This document shows, piece by piece, positions 30,482-40,525 of a stretch of 57,964 nucleotides of DNA. The stretch's first letter is position 1; each line of letters opens with the position of its first letter. Location: assembly GCA_963541805.1 (NCBI GenBank), contig CAUTVF010000001.1, positions 1 through 57,964 on the forward strand, given 5' to 3'. The position numbers and the translations under genes are program-made. The stretch is from an uncultured Alphaproteobacteria bacterium. GTDB lineage: Bacteria; Pseudomonadota; Alphaproteobacteria; Rs-D84; CASDRH01. The notes under the pieces are model-generated. The model was given only the letters and a program-made list of their open reading frames with translations, searched no databases and was not told where the DNA came from.

Positions 30482-31249
30482 ATGATTTTCAATGAAAATA
30501 TAAGCAACTCAAATTTGCGAGATACAGAGTTAATTTTACCACAACTTAATTTACTTATACCTGATGTTATATATGATGAACAAAAGATATTGAAGATATG
30601 TAATTTGATTGTTGGATTAAAAATTAGCTCCATAACTGTTTATCATTTATTTGTACCAAAAATTTGGAAGTGGCTTGAAAAAACAAATATAAAAATATGT
30701 GCATTATTTGACTGTAATAATTTCATTGAGAATGGACAATTAAACAAAAATACTATGTTAACATACATTAGAGCAGCAATTAATGATGGTGCAAATATCA
30801 TTGATATTAATCAATCAAATTATATTAATTTAAATGATGAATTAGATTTGTTAAATTTTGCAACCGATTCAAAAATGGATATAGTAAAATTGACAATGAA
30901 TCGAAATAATATCAATTCAGCAGATGACATAAAAATATTTTTAGATTCAATTTACAGAAAGGATATACATTGTATAAAAACAGAAAGCTTTACAAATGAA
31001 AATAACCTAAATACCAAGTTTAAAACAAAAGTAGCTGATATAAATGCAGTGTTCGACTTCATTCAATCACAAACAGCAGAACAATATTTTAAATTAGATA
31101 TCGTTGCAAACGAAATAGATGAAAACAATTTCTCATTTTATGATAGTGTACATATGTTGCATCAATCTATATTTAACAATGATCTTTTATTTTATAAAAA
31201 CTGTTCATTTACTTGTGGTTTACTACGGCTTAACAAAATCCTTCAATAA
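30482..31249 (+). CDS. Hypothetical protein, possibly a highly divergent DeoC-like aldolase fold
   Basis: Weak collinear resemblance to DeoC (KILKICNL..., ICALFDCNNF, AAINDGANIIDIN, IHCIKTES with a Lys at the Schiff-base position). The 3' end overlaps convergent pheT by 27 nt. Confidence 0.3.
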   Translation: MIFNENISNSNLRDTELILPQLNLLIPDVIYDEQKILKICNLIVGLKISSITVYHLFVPKIWKWLEKTNIKICALFDCNNFIENGQLNKNTMLTYIRAAINDGANIIDINQSNYINLNDELDLLNFATDSKMDIVKLTMNRNNINSADDIKIFLDSIYRKDIHCIKTESFTNENNLNTKFKTKVADINAVFDFIQSQTAEQYFKLDIVANEIDENNFSFYDSVHMLHQSIFNNDLLFYKNCSFTCGLLRLNKILQ

Positions 31250-33670
31250 AATTCCATGTAAATTTTTATCAACACTATCAATAATTGTTTGCATAATATT
31301 ATTAATTTCAGAATCTGTTAATGTTTTATTTTCAGGTTGCAATGTAATTGTCAATGCAATTGATTTACGATTATCACCAAATGACGCAGTATTTTCATAC
31401 ACATCAAATATATAAATATTCTTAATTAAATTAATATTTGTTTTTTTAATACAATCAACTAATTCTTTTGCTTTTACTTTTTTATCAAGAACAAATGATA
31501 AATCACGGACAATTTTTTGAAAATTATTAACAATAAATTTACCTTTTGTTGTATGTTTAGTATATTCTATTTCTGGCAGTTGTGAAAAATATAACTCAAA
31601 ACAAAAAACTGGTAAATTTTTAATGCCATAATCTTTCAAAATTAACGGGTGAACTTCTCCAAAACATCCGATTGTTTTATTTTTATAAATAACAATTCCA
31701 GATTTAAAAGGATTTAAATAAGATGGTAATTTATCTGCATCTGACAAAATTCTTAACTTGGTTACATCAATATTCAAACTGTTAATAACGCTTAATAAAT
31801 CAGATTTGACATCAAAAACATCGGATAATCTTTCACGTTTTAACCAATTTTTTTGAATAGCAAATCCCGATCTTATACCGGCAATATTTAAATGCTCCTC
31901 TCCTGGATTATTACCATCAAATACATAGCCACATTCAAACATAGACAAATCAGAGTTTCCATAAGCAAGATTATTTTTAAGTGCATTTAATATATTAGGT
32001 ATAAGAGATACTCGCATACAATCCAAGTCAGATGAAATCGGATTTAACAATTTAACAAGTTCAGTGTCAGACACAAAAGGTGATTGTTTTTGAGAGTTCC
32101 CAAATATCATTGTATAAATTTCCATCATACCATTTGCACATAATGTTTTTTTGGCGAGAGAAATTGACTTTTTGGAATCTGATAAATTTTGATTAATTAA
32201 ATCAGTTTTCTTAACAGGTAGTAGTGGAATTTTATCATATCCATAAATTCTGATTATTTCTTCTGTAACATCATATTTTGTGTTTAAGTCTCCCCTGTGA
32301 TCTGGTGTAATTAAATTTAAATTATCTCCTTGCTGATCAACCTTAAAACCTAATCTTTCTAATATATCGACCATCTTATCAACCGGAATATCAATCCCAA
32401 TGCGTTTTTTAAAATGATCTATTGGATACAATATGTTTTTTCTATTATCATATATTTTACCAGAAATAATCACATCAGAAACCTGTCCACCACAAATTTC
32501 TTTTATCAAATTTGCGGCCTTATATAAACCTGGTAAAACTGTTGAAGGGGATACAAAACGTTCAAATCTGTATTTCGAATCTGTAATAATTCCAAGCCTT
32601 GTTGAAGTTTTTCTAATTGAGACATTATTAAACAGCGCAGATTCAATAAATATATTTTTTGTGTTATCTGTAACACAAGATCTTTTACCCCCTATCACTC
32701 CGGCAATTGACTCTATATTTTCAGAATCTTTACCAGACGAGACAACAATATCAGAATTTGATAATTCATAAACTTTATCATTTAGTGCAGAAATTGTCTC
32801 CCCTGGTTTAGATTTTCTGACTGTTAAAATATTATCAACAATCTTATCCGCATCAAAAATATGAAGGGGCCTATTCATGTCATAACAAATAAAATTCGAT
32901 ATATCGACAACTTCATTAATTGGATTAATGCCAACACTTAATAATAAATCTTTTAACCATTTTGGAGACGAGGCAATATTTACATTCTTAATATAAATTC
33001 CTGCAAATACACTTGATAAATCAGTTTCAAGATTTACCTTAATTGGATTTTTAATTTCACTTTGTGGTTTCTCTATTTTCTCTTCTATAACATTTCCAAT
33101 GTTTGCAGCTTGCAGATCAAGTGCTATACCTTTAACCCCCAAATAATCTGCACGATTTGAAGTAATCTCCCCATCAAAAACTACATCTAAATTATACATT
33201 TTATCAAGTGCCTTTATCGCAGGGTCCCCCAGTTGAACTGATGCTATAATGTCATCCGGTAACTCTATTATTGATTCATGTAAATTACTTAAGCCCAGCT
33301 CATCTTCGGCACACATCATACCATTTGACTCAATTCCACGAATTTTACTGATTTTTAATTTTTCACCTGTTGATGGAATAATCACGCCAGGAAGAGCAAG
33401 AACCCCAAAAATTCCAGCACGTGCATTAGGGGCCCCACAAACAATTTGTAAATGTTCTTTACCCGTATCAACCGTTAATAATTTTAACTTATCGGCATTC
33501 GGATGATTTTGTGCATCAATAACCTTCGCGATAATAAAATCATTCAAAGATGATAGTTTATCATCCATATCCTCTATTTCCAAACCGATAACCGTTAACT
33601 TATCGGCAATTTCTTTTGGACTTGCAGTTGTATTTAAATGTCTTCTCAACCAGTTATAAGTAAATTTCAT
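31223..33670 (-). CDS. pheT: Phenylalanine--tRNA ligase beta subunit
   Basis: 815 aa; MKFTYNWLRRHL N-terminus, tRNA-binding domain (HPNADKLKLLTVD), downstream of pheS. Confidence 0.96.
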   Translation of the reverse strand: MKFTYNWLRRHLNTTASPKEIADKLTVIGLEIEDMDDKLSSLNDFIIAKVIDAQNHPNADKLKLLTVDTGKEHLQIVCGAPNARAGIFGVLALPGVIIPSTGEKLKISKIRGIESNGMMCAEDELGLSNLHESIIELPDDIIASVQLGDPAIKALDKMYNLDVVFDGEITSNRADYLGVKGIALDLQAANIGNVIEEKIEKPQSEIKNPIKVNLETDLSSVFAGIYIKNVNIASSPKWLKDLLLSVGINPINEVVDISNFICYDMNRPLHIFDADKIVDNILTVRKSKPGETISALNDKVYELSNSDIVVSSGKDSENIESIAGVIGGKRSCVTDNTKNIFIESALFNNVSIRKTSTRLGIITDSKYRFERFVSPSTVLPGLYKAANLIKEICGGQVSDVIISGKIYDNRKNILYPIDHFKKRIGIDIPVDKMVDILERLGFKVDQQGDNLNLITPDHRGDLNTKYDVTEEIIRIYGYDKIPLLPVKKTDLINQNLSDSKKSISLAKKTLCANGMMEIYTMIFGNSQKQSPFVSDTELVKLLNPISSDLDCMRVSLIPNILNALKNNLAYGNSDLSMFECGYVFDGNNPGEEHLNIAGIRSGFAIQKNWLKRERLSDVFDVKSDLLSVINSLNIDVTKLRILSDADKLPSYLNPFKSGIVIYKNKTIGCFGEVHPLILKDYGIKNLPVFCFELYFSQLPEIEYTKHTTKGKFIVNNFQKIVRDLSFVLDKKVKAKELVDCIKKTNINLIKNIYIFDVYENTASFGDNRKSIALTITLQPENKTLTDSEINNIMQTIIDSVDKNLHGILLKDFVKP

Positions 33671-33678
33671 TTAAAACC

Positions 33679-34737
33679 CTATAAATTTCCATTTAAACCA
33701 TTAGACGCATTTGGATTATCAAAATAATTAAATCCATAATGACGCAGCCAATCTATATTTGAATTATAAAACTCTCGCACATCTGGCATTCCATATTTTA
33801 GCATTGCTAACCTTTCAATACCGGTACCAAAAGCAAATCCTTGATACTTTTCTGGGTCAATTTCACACGTTTTTAAAACATTTTCATGGACCATTCCGCC
33901 ACCTAAAATCTCTATCCAATCGCTCCCTTCACCCAACTTGATTTGTCCATTCTGTTTACTACATTTAACATCTATTTCAATTGAAGGTTCTGTAAATGGA
34001 AAATAATGTTGACGAATTCGAATTGGTAAATTATCTGTCACAAAAAACTCTTTTAAAAATGTTGTTAATACGGATAACAAATCCTTCATTGTAACATCTG
34101 TATCAACCCATAGTCCTTCTAATTGATTAAACATTGGGGAGTGTGTCGCATCTGACTCATTTCTAAAAACTGCACCAGGGGCAAATATTTTAATTGGTGC
34201 TTTTTGTTTTTCCATACTTCGCACCTGAATTGCAGATGTCTCAGTTCTAAGTAGATTAGAACAATTTTGTAAATAAAAAGTATCCCTTGTATCACGTGCA
34301 GGATGGTTTTGATCTATATTTAACGCAGTAAAATTATAAAAATCATTTTCTATATGGGGCCCCTCTTCCAATTTAAAACCGAGAGCCGAAAATATTTCAC
34401 AAATTTCATCGATTACTCGAGTAAATGGGTGCAACAAACCTTTTGCAATTTCAATAAACGGCAAAGTAACATCAACTTTATTCTGTTCTAATTTTTTATT
34501 TATTTCTTCAAGTTCAAGTTTAGAACTTGTTTTTTGTATCTCACACTCAATATCTGTTTTTAATTGATTCAACTCAATACTTAAAGATTTTCTCTTATTA
34601 ATATCAGAAACAGAAGATAATTTTTTCAATTGCTCTGTTAGGGTTCCATTTTTACCCAATATTGACACCCTAATTTTATTCAAATCATCTAAAGAAATTG
34701 TCCCATGTATATCAGAAATGATTTTATTTCTATCCAT
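33679..34737 (-). CDS. pheS: Phenylalanine--tRNA ligase alpha subunit
   Basis: HPARDTRDTFY, YFPFTEPSIEIDV, GFAFGTGIERLAMLKYG. Confidence 0.97.
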   Translation of the reverse strand: MDRNKIISDIHGTISLDDLNKIRVSILGKNGTLTEQLKKLSSVSDINKRKSLSIELNQLKTDIECEIQKTSSKLELEEINKKLEQNKVDVTLPFIEIAKGLLHPFTRVIDEICEIFSALGFKLEEGPHIENDFYNFTALNIDQNHPARDTRDTFYLQNCSNLLRTETSAIQVRSMEKQKAPIKIFAPGAVFRNESDATHSPMFNQLEGLWVDTDVTMKDLLSVLTTFLKEFFVTDNLPIRIRQHYFPFTEPSIEIDVKCSKQNGQIKLGEGSDWIEILGGGMVHENVLKTCEIDPEKYQGFAFGTGIERLAMLKYGMPDVREFYNSNIDWLRHYGFNYFDNPNASNGLNGNL

Positions 34738-34806
34738 TCAAGACCTCACTAAAATTTATAGAAATGACAGAAATAAATACGCCATCACACGGACAGCGTA
34801 TTACTT

Positions 34807-35169
34807 TTATTTTGCTGCAATAAAATTCTTAACCTTTGATACAACCATTGCAAAAGATTCTTTATCGCTGTATGCCATGCTTGCAAGTATCTTTCTATCA
34901 AGTGCGATACCAGCTTTGACAAGCCCACCAATAAATTGAGAATACGTAATTCCATAACCACGAACAGCAGCATTTATACGAAGTATCCAAAGTTTGCGGA
35001 AATTTGATTTGTTCTTTCGTCTGTCACGATATGCATATTGCATTGCTTTATTTGTCCGCTCACGTGCCATACGATATGATCTGTGATTTCTATCATAATA
35101 ACCTTTGGCCTGTTTAACAACATTCCTTTTACGTCTATGGGAGACAACTCCACCTTTTATTCTTGCCAT
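34807..35169 (-). CDS. rplT: 50S ribosomal protein L20
   Basis: [25 protein letters not shown]. Confidence 0.96.
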   Translation of the reverse strand: MARIKGGVVSHRRKRNVVKQAKGYYDRNHRSYRMARERTNKAMQYAYRDRRKNKSNFRKLWILRINAAVRGYGITYSQFIGGLVKAGIALDRKILASMAYSDKESFAMVVSKVKNFIAAK

Positions 35170-35181
35170 TTTAACCTCCTA

Positions 35182-35382
35182 TTATGATGCGTAAGGCATC
35201 CATGATTTTATATGTTTTGCATTTTCAGGTGCTGCAATTACCGCACTTCTTGCTGCAACATTTGCACGCTTTGAACGTCCACGCATCTGATGATTATGAT
35301 TGGCATGTTTTCTTTTGACTTTACCACTTGCGGTCAAATCAAATCTCCCCTTAGTCGAGGATTTTGTTTTCAATTTTGGCAT
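35182..35382 (-). CDS. rpmI: 50S ribosomal protein L35
   Basis: MPKLKTKSSTKGRFDLTASGKVKRKHANHNH. Confidence 0.94.
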   Translation of the reverse strand: MPKLKTKSSTKGRFDLTASGKVKRKHANHNHQMRGRSKRANVAARSAVIAAPENAKHIKSWMPYAS

Positions 35383-35481
35383 TTTTTACTCCTTCTTGAA
35401 GTTATACACACAAATTAAGGCATACCAAAGCCCAACTTGTAAAACACCCGATGATATAAAATAAATATAAAAAATGCAAGT

Positions 35482-37641
35482 TTATACTGAGATCTTATTA
35501 TTCTTTAACCTAATCCACTCTGGTACTGCAGGGGCGGCTGGCATCTGTGATTTTGCAAGCATTGCTTTATCTTTATAAAACAGTGGAGAATCCGCCTTAA
35601 TTGGATAATTTGTATATCCCTGATATAAAATCCATTGCTTTCCAAATTCCACATTTAAAAATTTATTTGCAGATAATATCTCATCTTTAGGTTTCAACTT
35701 TTCTTCAACTGCTCCATAACTAAGTGATCCACGTACCCCACCTTTTATACTTGTTTCAACAATGGTTTCAGATCCTCCCATACCTGCAAATCTTGCCGCA
35801 GTTACATCGTTATTTTGTGTTAAAATAACCTTTGCAGCAGTTGTCGACATTAAAATTTCAACCGCATCTTTTCCATATCCCGCCTCGATTTGTCCCAAAT
35901 CCTGAGCAATTAATAAATACGAAACTTTCATTCCACGACCAACTGCAGGGCCGTCCATTACCGCCTCTAATTTTGGCATTTGTGGAAATTCATCCAAAAC
36001 AAACAATGTTGGATATGGGCCCATTGTTCCATTGCGTCCAACATGATTCGGTGGATTTGATATAAGAAATTTACTCATTAACTCGATAAAAACACCACTG
36101 ATTGTATTTAATGCTTTCGCATCAGCCTGATTAACCGACAAATATATTGTAACAGGTTTCATTTTACCATCTTTCGGATCAATCATACCCCGTAAATCTT
36201 TAAATGAAATATCCGATGCACATGTTCTTTCTCTCACCGCAGAATTTTTAAAAATTGACGTATTTGTTAAAACATTTGATATAATCGAACCACGCTCTTT
36301 TTCTGGAGTATTTGCCAATTGATTTAATTCCAAAACAGATCGATGAGAATATGAATATTTTATCGCTTCTTTTGTAGCATTTTCAAAAACATCGTGAACG
36401 ATATCTGTATTAAATGCAGCCATCTGATCACCCTGTTGTTTTCGTTTATTTAATTCTTCTGCTGCTAAAATTTGTGCCTCTGACAACCAATCAAGCAACA
36501 TTGGAAGCGATGCCTCACGTCCAATCCAAATTTTCGGAATATTCGCCCACGTCCCAACGGGTACATAATTATTAATTGTTAATTTTTTTTCTTGAAGCAT
36601 TCGAAGGGCCCCTTTTGCATACGGATCATCCATCACCATATAATAACCGGCCAATAGTTTTGCATCTTCCTCAGAAAAATTACCATTTTTTAATTTGTTA
36701 AAAAAGTAATCATTTGCAACAGCTTTTTCACATTTACTTGACATAAAATGCAACATCCCAGCCAAAGCATTTCTACCAGCACTACTCCAATGGGGATCGG
36801 CCGATGATCCTTTTGCATCCTGGATTAAAACATTTGTAATAGAATCAATATACATATCTCTCTCCGGCCCAACGGGTGGAATTAATTCAGGAGACAGCGG
36901 ATTCCAACGAGGATAATAAATTCCCTTATCTGGATTATCAGATTCTCCCCAGTTAATTATAAAAACTGGCCCTAAAGTTGCACGATATCCAGACGTTGTA
37001 TAACAAAGTTCTGGTTTGGGGTCGTTTACAATCATGCTAACATCTGTACACTCAAATATTGTTGGTACAACGACTGCAGTTGTTTTACCAGTTCCCGGCG
37101 GAGCACAGACAAGAGCAGACAAAGTTTCTTTCATTTTTAACAATTTATCCTTAAATTTTCCAAGCACGATAATTTTACCATCAAACAATCCCATTTTTTC
37201 AATGTCTTCTTCTTGTGCTGTTCTACCAGATTTATATATATCAAAATCACGATAAGGTTGTGAGCCTGCCATTGTTTCAAAAAACACGATAAAATATACA
37301 AATGGGATAAATGGAAACCATGAAACCCCAGATCCTAATACTAATCCTTCAGCCCAATTTATATAATATGCGATAATTGAAACCCCAAAACTGTTCCATA
37401 AATCACGAAAATATTGAAGAAAAACAGGAGAATTAATTAAAGATAAATTAAAATTATTTGTATGTAAATATGCGATTGGCAATGCAACACATGCCAATAA
37501 ATATGTTGAAACGATCAAAGATGAATATGCCAAATAACGATATAAAATTGATTTGTATCGCTCTGCAGAAGGGCCACTGTTAAATGCTGGAGAAATTGTG
37601 CGATATAAAAATGCAAATACTGGTAATTTGAAAATAAACAT
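35482..37641 (-). CDS. virD4: Type IV secretion coupling protein, VirD4/TraG family
   Basis: N-terminal TM helices, Walker A VCAPPGTGKTTAVVVPT, Walker B-like TLFVLDEFPQMPKL and YLLIAQDLGQIEAGYGKD. Confidence 0.85.
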   Translation of the reverse strand: MFIFKLPVFAFLYRTISPAFNSGPSAERYKSILYRYLAYSSLIVSTYLLACVALPIAYLHTNNFNLSLINSPVFLQYFRDLWNSFGVSIIAYYINWAEGLVLGSGVSWFPFIPFVYFIVFFETMAGSQPYRDFDIYKSGRTAQEEDIEKMGLFDGKIIVLGKFKDKLLKMKETLSALVCAPPGTGKTTAVVVPTIFECTDVSMIVNDPKPELCYTTSGYRATLGPVFIINWGESDNPDKGIYYPRWNPLSPELIPPVGPERDMYIDSITNVLIQDAKGSSADPHWSSAGRNALAGMLHFMSSKCEKAVANDYFFNKLKNGNFSEEDAKLLAGYYMVMDDPYAKGALRMLQEKKLTINNYVPVGTWANIPKIWIGREASLPMLLDWLSEAQILAAEELNKRKQQGDQMAAFNTDIVHDVFENATKEAIKYSYSHRSVLELNQLANTPEKERGSIISNVLTNTSIFKNSAVRERTCASDISFKDLRGMIDPKDGKMKPVTIYLSVNQADAKALNTISGVFIELMSKFLISNPPNHVGRNGTMGPYPTLFVLDEFPQMPKLEAVMDGPAVGRGMKVSYLLIAQDLGQIEAGYGKDAVEILMSTTAAKVILTQNNDVTAARFAGMGGSETIVETSIKGGVRGSLSYGAVEEKLKPKDEILSANKFLNVEFGKQWILYQGYTNYPIKADSPLFYKDKAMLAKSQMPAAPAVPEWIRLKNNKISV

Positions 37642-37737
37642 ATTTAAATTTTAACACAAAACAAAGAATAAACAAATTAATAAATAGTTGTTATTAAATT
37701 TAACGGAAGCTATCATATAAGTGTTTAAGGATTAACA

Positions 37738-38739
37738 ATGATTGCTATAAGTACAAAACATCCTCCTTTAATTTCTGTATTAATTCCAATACATAATTCA
37801 GAAAAATTCTTACAAAAATGTTTGATGAGTGTTATAAATCAAACTTACAAAAATATCGAAATAGTTTGTATTGATGATGCATCCACAGACAAATCATTAA
37901 ATATTTTAAAAAAGTTAAAAGTAAAAGACAAACGAATACGAATTATACAGAATAAAACAAATTTGGGCGAAAATAAAACAAGGGAAAAATTAATCAATAA
38001 AATAAAAGGCAAATATTTTATATTTATTGATAGTGATGATTATATTGAAAAAAATTTAATACAAAAAATGTATGAAACAATTACCAATGATAATACAGAT
38101 TTGGTTGAATGTAGTGTTAATATGATTCGTCTTGGCCAAAGGAAAACGGATTTTACCGTTAAAAAATTCGGTATATTCCACGCGAATCAATATGTTAATT
38201 TTTATAAAGCTGTACTTTGGAATAAATTATTTAAAACCGATATTGTTAAAAAATTTAAAATAAATTTTCCAATAGATAAAACAATTACTTGTGGATTTGA
38301 TAAGTTTTTTAATTTTGAATATATTTGCACAATTCGAAAAATATCAGTTATTCCAGATAAATTATATAATTATGTGATCCATGATTCCTCAACCCTCAGC
38401 ACCATGAAAGATCATCAAATATTATCAGATTTTTACAGTTTGAATAAATGCTATGATTTTTTACAAAACAACAACTTGTTTACCAAATTTTACCTCCCTT
38501 ATTTGGCTTTAGTACACAAATTTAAAGGTAAGTTATTAAAATCCGACAATTTTTATAAAACCGCATTTCAACAAATAAATACAATAAATAAAAAAATACG
38601 ACATGATCACAAATATATTTATTTTGTATATCTTGTACTTGCTTTTATTAAAAATATATTCTTCGTTCAAAGTTCATTGGATAGTAAATATAAAATCGTA
38701 AGTTTTTTAGGAATTAAAATTACAGTACTCAAAAAGTAA
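37738..38739 (+). CDS. Family-2 glycosyltransferase
   Basis: ISVLIPIHNSEKFLQKCLMSVINQTYKNIEIVCIDDASTDKS and FIDSDD (DxD). Extremely AT-rich. Confidence 0.8.
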   Translation: MIAISTKHPPLISVLIPIHNSEKFLQKCLMSVINQTYKNIEIVCIDDASTDKSLNILKKLKVKDKRIRIIQNKTNLGENKTREKLINKIKGKYFIFIDSDDYIEKNLIQKMYETITNDNTDLVECSVNMIRLGQRKTDFTVKKFGIFHANQYVNFYKAVLWNKLFKTDIVKKFKINFPIDKTITCGFDKFFNFEYICTIRKISVIPDKLYNYVIHDSSTLSTMKDHQILSDFYSLNKCYDFLQNNNLFTKFYLPYLALVHKFKGKLLKSDNFYKTAFQQINTINKKIRHDHKYIYFVYLVLAFIKNIFFVQSSLDSKYKIVSFLGIKITVLKK

Positions 38740-38836
38740 AATTATTTTCAAATACACTAAAAGTGTTAATCATATTCTTTTCATCAAGAAACCGAAACAA
38801 TATCACAAATGTTCTTTGTATAGTTTTTTAATAAGT

Positions 38837-38864
38837 TTGACAAAATAAAATTTTGGTATAGCAT
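38837..38864 (+). promoter_or_regulatory. Cassette promoter P4 (ankyrin gene)
   Basis: TTGACAAAA, 16 nt, TAGCAT, then GGAGG SD. The ATG is 61 nt from the -35. Confidence 0.5.
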
Positions 38865-38897
38865 GGTGCGAATTATCTATTTATTGGAGGTATTTTT

Positions 38898-39626
38898 ATG
38901 TTATGGACTATCAAGAATGGCTATCGTATTAAAGTATTAAAGGCATTGATGGGTAGTATTAATTTTTCAAAAGACAAGAAAAATATACTTTCAACAGTAA
39001 TTGCACGATATATTGAATACTACGATGGACGTATTCCACGTGTGATCATTCATGAAATGAGCGATTATGTTGAGTATGCATGTCAGTTGGAACCGATTTT
39101 GTATCCTTTATTATCTGATGGGATAACAAGACAGGAAGAGGCACTGATACTAAACTTCGCTGTCATCTTTGGATATCAAGAGGTTGTAAAGATTTTACTA
39201 AAAGCTAATGTAAAACAGGATAGCTTTTTGATGACAAAGCCATATAAATTGCTTGGCACTGATTTATATCCAATAAATTTTGCCTACTACAATGGGGATG
39301 TAGGAATGACGAGATTATTAATGGAACATTGTCCTAAAGTAAAATATGCGGTACATGTTAGTGGAAGCGACAATATAATTCGAGTTACTACCCCTATGTT
39401 TGGGAGGGAAACAATTTACAAAAACTTCAAACCTAAAGATGAAGTAATAAAAAAAATTGTTAAGACTTTGAATATTCAGTTTCCTTATTTATGTGCAGAT
39501 AGGGCATCTAGAAATAAAGTTTTTTATATGCTCCAAGATAATAGAGAAATAATATACTCTCTTAAAGGTGGATATATTCCCAAAAATGCCTCGTTTACTC
39601 TTGATGCGTCATATTCTTGTAATTAG
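38898..39626 (+). CDS. Ankyrin-repeat protein (at least 2 ANK repeats)
   Basis: ALILNFAVIFGYQEVVKILLKANVKQD and DLYPINFAYYNGDVGMTRLLMEHCPKV fit the ANK consensus. No signal peptide. Confidence 0.65.
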   Translation: MLWTIKNGYRIKVLKALMGSINFSKDKKNILSTVIARYIEYYDGRIPRVIIHEMSDYVEYACQLEPILYPLLSDGITRQEEALILNFAVIFGYQEVVKILLKANVKQDSFLMTKPYKLLGTDLYPINFAYYNGDVGMTRLLMEHCPKVKYAVHVSGSDNIIRVTTPMFGRETIYKNFKPKDEVIKKIVKTLNIQFPYLCADRASRNKVFYMLQDNREIIYSLKGGYIPKNASFTLDASYSCN

Positions 39627-39645
39627 ATACCAATTTCTAACTTAT

Positions 39646-39674
39646 AAAAGGTTTACTGTTACAGTAAACCTTTT
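39646..39674. terminator. Bidirectional hairpin terminator between the ankyrin gene and traT
   Basis: AAAA-GGTTTACT-gttac-AGTAAACC-TTTT. Confidence 0.65.
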
Positions 39675-39696
39675 ATTTTATTAAAAATTCAAAAAA

Positions 39697-40431
39697 TTAA
39701 AATAGACCAGATAGCGATGCCGCGATTCTCTCCTTCACCGCCTTTGATCCTTCTTGTTCTGTTAAATTAACCATATTGGATACAGCATGTAATACAGTTG
39801 TATAATACTTCCTGTTTTTCTTTTCATATGAAGATGAAACAACTCCACCCTCTGCTCCTTGTTGCTGAACCTGAATATTTGAAGTTTTCACAACAGATTT
39901 GGTCTTTTCTCCCAAACGAATATCAACAGTTACATCATAATATCCATCTTTTGTATTGGCATCCAATGCCATTGATGCAATGCCTCCAGCGACCGCACCT
40001 GTTAAAGTGGACAAAACCTGACCTCTACCACCACCAATTGTTGATCCTGCAATGCCACCAACAACAGCTCCAGGGATTGCAGATTCTTTACCATCAATTT
40101 TTTTACTTGTTAAAACAGCATTTTTAACATTAACTTGCATAATGTAATAAGCTTTATCTGGATCTTGCTCAATTTTATACCCCTTACTTACCAAATCCCC
40201 AATAATAAATTTATGCAAATCACTGAAATTAGTGTTTCCTGAGGTATTTCGCATTTGTACAAGTATTGTTTGATTACTTGGAGAAACTGGATCCAACCAA
40301 ATAGTATTTGACATCGTAACTTTTACATCCATTTCATCTTTGCTCATTCTTGTATACATTGCCCCACAAGAAACGGTTACAAAAGCAAATCCGACAAGCA
40401 TAAGATTTTTTAAACTGACTTTTTTATTCAT
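39697..40431 (-). CDS. traT: TraT-like surface-exclusion / complement-resistance lipoprotein
   Basis: Lipobox VTVSCGAMY followed by MSNTIWLDP...ILVQMRNTS...KGYKIEQDPDKAYYIMQVNV, a Gly-rich central segment and ...NMVNL..., collinear with F-plasmid TraT as recalled. Confidence 0.78.
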   Translation of the reverse strand: MNKKVSLKNLMLVGFAFVTVSCGAMYTRMSKDEMDVKVTMSNTIWLDPVSPSNQTILVQMRNTSGNTNFSDLHKFIIGDLVSKGYKIEQDPDKAYYIMQVNVKNAVLTSKKIDGKESAIPGAVVGGIAGSTIGGGRGQVLSTLTGAVAGGIASMALDANTKDGYYDVTVDIRLGEKTKSVVKTSNIQVQQQGAEGGVVSSSYEKKNRKYYTTVLHAVSNMVNLTEQEGSKAVKERIAASLSGLF

Positions 40432-40525
40432 AACTAACTCCTAACTGACTCAATTATCAATTGTTTATAAAACTTTTTGAGTTTATTATCATTTAAGTTT
40501 ATATGCAAGAGTAAAAGGATAAATC

